58,992 bases of DNA, taken from assembly GCA_964567595.1 (NCBI GenBank), contig CAZMNF010000007.1:1-58992 (forward strand), read 5' to 3'. Source of the stretch: an uncultured Thermotogae bacterium (lineage in GTDB: Bacteria > Bipolaricaulota > Bipolaricaulia > RBG-16-55-9). Both the position numbers and the translations under genes were made by a program. Below, one piece after another: positions 56,485-58,992 of this stretch. The notes beneath the pieces were generated by a model. The model did no database searches. It saw only the letters and a list, made by a program, of their open reading frames with translations, and was not told the origin of the DNA. How positions within the stretch are numbered: position 1 is the first letter of the stretch; each line of letters opens with the position of its first letter.

Positions 56485-58230
56485 TTAGCCCCGGACGGCC
56501 TGCCAGAGCTGATCCAGTTCGGCCTGAACGCGGTCGAGCAGATCGGCTTCGGCGACGATCTCGGCCTCGTTGGCATCTCGGCGTTTCAACTCCACGCCGC
56601 CCTTGTCAAGGGCCCGCTGCCCGATGGTGATTCGCAATGGAATGCCAATGAGATCGGCATCGGTGAACTTGACGCCGGGGCTCTCTTCGCGGTCGTCGTA
56701 CAACACGTCGAGGCCGGCGGCTTGGAGAGCGTCGTAGAGCCGATCGCCCGTCTGGACGACTTCCTCGCCATCTTTGGGGAGCGTCACCAGGTGGACGTCG
56801 TAGGGCGCCACGCTGATGGGCCAGACGAGGCCGTCGTCGTCGTGGTGTTCCTCGGCAACGCTGGCCAGCGTTCGCTCGAGCCCGATCCCGTAGGAGCCCA
56901 TGATGATGGGATGGCTGGCCCCCGATTCGTCGACGAAGTTGCAGTCGGTCGCCTTGCTGTAGCGGGTCCCCAGTTGAAAAATGTTGCCCACCTCGATGCC
57001 GCGCGAACTCCCCATCGTTGCCTCGCACTCGGGGCAGGCATCCCCCGTTTGGGCGGCGGCAATGTCGGCAACGAGATCCGGCTCGACGTCGCGACCGATG
57101 TTGACGTTCATCAGATGGTATTCGGCTTCGTTGGCGCCGGTGACGACGTTCGGCATCTCGGCCAGCGCGTCGTCGACCACCACGTGGACGCCGTCGAGCC
57201 CCATCGGCGAGCCGAACCCAGGCTCGGCCCCGCTCGAGCGGATCTCTGCGTCCGTGGCCGGACGCAGATCGAGCGCGCCCACGGCGTCGGCCAACTTCGT
57301 CTCGTTGACCTCCATGTCGCCGCGGACGAGCGCCAGGATCAGCGAATCGGCGCTGTCCCCGTCGTCCGAGGGCATCGTTGCTATCATGAACAGCACTTTG
57401 GCCGCCTTGGACGCGGGAATATCGAGCTGTTCGCACAGGCCCCGAATCGTCTTTGCGCCCGGCGTCTCGACCTTGACGATCTCGCCCGGTTCCTCGGTAT
57501 CGGGGGCGGGCTTGGCAAAGCGCGCGAGTTGTTGATTGGCCGCGTAGCCGCACTCGTTGCAGAACACGATCGTGTCCTCGCCCACGGGCGTGAGGTACAT
57601 GAACTCGTGGGCCTTCTTGCCGCCCATCATTCCGACGTCGGACTCGACGGCCGTGACGGGCAGCCCGCACCGGTGGAAAATCCGGAAGTAAGCGTCATAA
57701 TGCCGATCGTACTGCTCGCTCAGCCCCTCCCAGTCGGTGTCCAGGCTGTAGCTGTCCTTCATGGTGAACTCGCGCACGCGGACCAGGCCGCCCCGCGGCC
57801 GCGGATCGTCGCGCCACTTCGTCTGGATGTGATAGATCAGGCGGGGCAGCTGGCGATAGGAGTTGACTTCCCCCTTGACGAGGTCGACGACGCTTTCCTC
57901 GTGCGTCATCGCCAGGACCATGTCGCGCTCGTTCCGGTCCTTGAAGCGCGTCATCTCCGGGCCGATCTCGTCCCAACGGCCCGTCTCCAGCCAGATCCGG
58001 GATGGATGGATCACGGGCATGCGCAGCTCCTGGCCGCCGATGGCGTCGATCTCCTCGCGAATGATCCGGGCGATTTTCGCGTGCGATCGCCATCCGAACG
58101 GCAACAGCGAGTAGATGCCCGTGGACAAGGGCCGCATGAAGCCCGCACGGATCAACAGCTTGTGGCTGTCCAGTTGCGCGTCGGCGGGCACCTCGCGGCG
58201 CGTGGTTCCGAACGACTGGCTCATGCGCAT
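56485..58230 (-). CDS. proS: Proline--tRNA ligase (bacterial type with editing insertion)
   Basis: SH.LL.RAG, THEE, RD..RPR.GL.R.REF.MKD, GIEVG.IFQLG and MG.YGIG motifs; GGAGGAGG RBS. Confidence 0.97.
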   Translation of the reverse strand: MRMSQSFGTTRREVPADAQLDSHKLLIRAGFMRPLSTGIYSLLPFGWRSHAKIARIIREEIDAIGGQELRMPVIHPSRIWLETGRWDEIGPEMTRFKDRNERDMVLAMTHEESVVDLVKGEVNSYRQLPRLIYHIQTKWRDDPRPRGGLVRVREFTMKDSYSLDTDWEGLSEQYDRHYDAYFRIFHRCGLPVTAVESDVGMMGGKKAHEFMYLTPVGEDTIVFCNECGYAANQQLARFAKPAPDTEEPGEIVKVETPGAKTIRGLCEQLDIPASKAAKVLFMIATMPSDDGDSADSLILALVRGDMEVNETKLADAVGALDLRPATDAEIRSSGAEPGFGSPMGLDGVHVVVDDALAEMPNVVTGANEAEYHLMNVNIGRDVEPDLVADIAAAQTGDACPECEATMGSSRGIEVGNIFQLGTRYSKATDCNFVDESGASHPIIMGSYGIGLERTLASVAEEHHDDDGLVWPISVAPYDVHLVTLPKDGEEVVQTGDRLYDALQAAGLDVLYDDREESPGVKFTDADLIGIPLRITIGQRALDKGGVELKRRDANEAEIVAEADLLDRVQAELDQLWQAVRG

Positions 58231-58573
58231 GGGAAACCTCCTCCAATCACGACAGAACGAACATTTCAGGATCGATGTATACGGTCACAGCGGTGGAACA
58301 ATCGTCAGCTTCCCACATGGGGAGGCGGCGGGTCAAACGGCGTGGCCGGGCTCGGCCGACGCGGGTCGCTTATCGATCGGGATGCCTAATGCACGTGTCG
58401 GTCAACGCTGATGGGCCGTTCCCGAGTCGAGAACGGTGCCCTAACCACAGTCTCTCTGTCCGTGCCGTCCAGCGCAGCGGTCGGAAGCGTTTCAGGGAAG
58501 CCATTGATGCGCGCGGGCCGAACGGATAGAGTCCCCTCGCAAAGCATATCACTGCTGGCACAAAGGAGGTCCT

Positions 58574-58945
58574 ATGCCGTTCTGCCCCGAGTGCGAGGCC
58601 GAATACGTGGATGGCATTGAGGAGTGCGTGGATTGCCAGACCGCTCTCGTGGAGGAGCTCCCCTCTGAAGATCCCGGCGATCACGTCGAGCCCTCGTCGG
58701 ACGAGGACATGTTCGTCACGGTGTTCGCGGGCGGCAACGCGTTTGACATGCGCATGGCGAAGGGGCTGCTGGAATCGAGCGGATTCCACGTTGAGCTGTT
58801 GGGCGCGAATGACCCGATGAATCCGACACCCACCGGCATTCAGGTCCGCCAAGACGAGGTTGAGGAGGCCAAAGAGCTCCTCGAAAATCCTAGCGACCTC
58901 GAGGATGACGCCTCGGACGAGTTCACCAAGGACTTCAACAACTGA
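58574..58945 (+). CDS. Zn-ribbon + DUF2007-like protein
   Basis: CPEC..EY..G...C.DC...L followed by A.G.LE..G...I.V...E.A.ELL; AAGGAGG RBS. Confidence 0.8.
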   Translation: MPFCPECEAEYVDGIEECVDCQTALVEELPSEDPGDHVEPSSDEDMFVTVFAGGNAFDMRMAKGLLESSGFHVELLGANDPMNPTPTGIQVRQDEVEEAKELLENPSDLEDDASDEFTKDFNN

Positions 58946-58992
58946 CGAGCTTGCCAGGCTCCGCCGTTTTCATTCGCAACGCGACCATTTGT

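Noticed and set aside
42888-58389. Long antisense ORFs (42888-45296, 51192-53870, 56401-58389; also 4713-6509)
   Set aside because: They mirror lon, gyrA, proS and gdh on the opposite strand, as expected from high-GC codon bias, and show no motifs.
58231-58573. T-box riboswitch upstream of proS
   Set aside because: The only T-box-like GGTGGAAC is on the strand opposite to proS, and no terminator/antiterminator is evident.
1-58992. CRISPR arrays, tRNA/rRNA, prophage, integrases, inteins
   Set aside because: No spaced direct repeats, cloverleafs or mobile genes were seen, and GyrA and Lon show no intein motifs. Reading by eye could miss small RNAs.

Overview
High-GC bacterial chromosome segment (roughly two-thirds GC by eye) with markedly acidic proteins, which suggests a salt-adapted organism. 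A Bipolaricaulota/Acetothermia affiliation is only a guess. Left third: an amino-acid oxidation cluster with a PLP aminotransferase, a glutamate dehydrogenase and three 2-oxoacid:ferredoxin oxidoreductases (OFORs; IOR-, VOR/POR- and POR-like). Each OFOR is paired with its own GltD-like FAD/NADP(H) Fe-S module in a different architecture: fused to IorA, inserted into the delta subunit, or free-standing. The start of an NADP-malic enzyme lies at the left edge. Middle: a SARP/NB-ARC/TPR regulator, tdh, and a metal-homeostasis region. That region holds a ZIP transporter, Fur/Zur with a Zn-type ABC importer, and a Mn transporter. It also holds a His-rich uORF ending in PPDRPP whose 3' end can base-pair over the ribosome-binding site of a Met-substituted P19/Tp34 protein + Tat DyP-like + His1 protein operon, and an orphan proteasome-beta-like Ntn hydrolase. 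Next is an A1-type cytochrome c oxidase operon with a split subunit III and a duplicated cytochrome c domain. Right third: Lon-like and S8 proteases, a cysteine hydrolase, an archaeal-type GAPDH homolog, gyrA, tyrS, a HIT protein and proS. No rRNA, tRNA, CRISPR array or mobile element was recognised. All calls come from reading motifs by eye; no searches were run.
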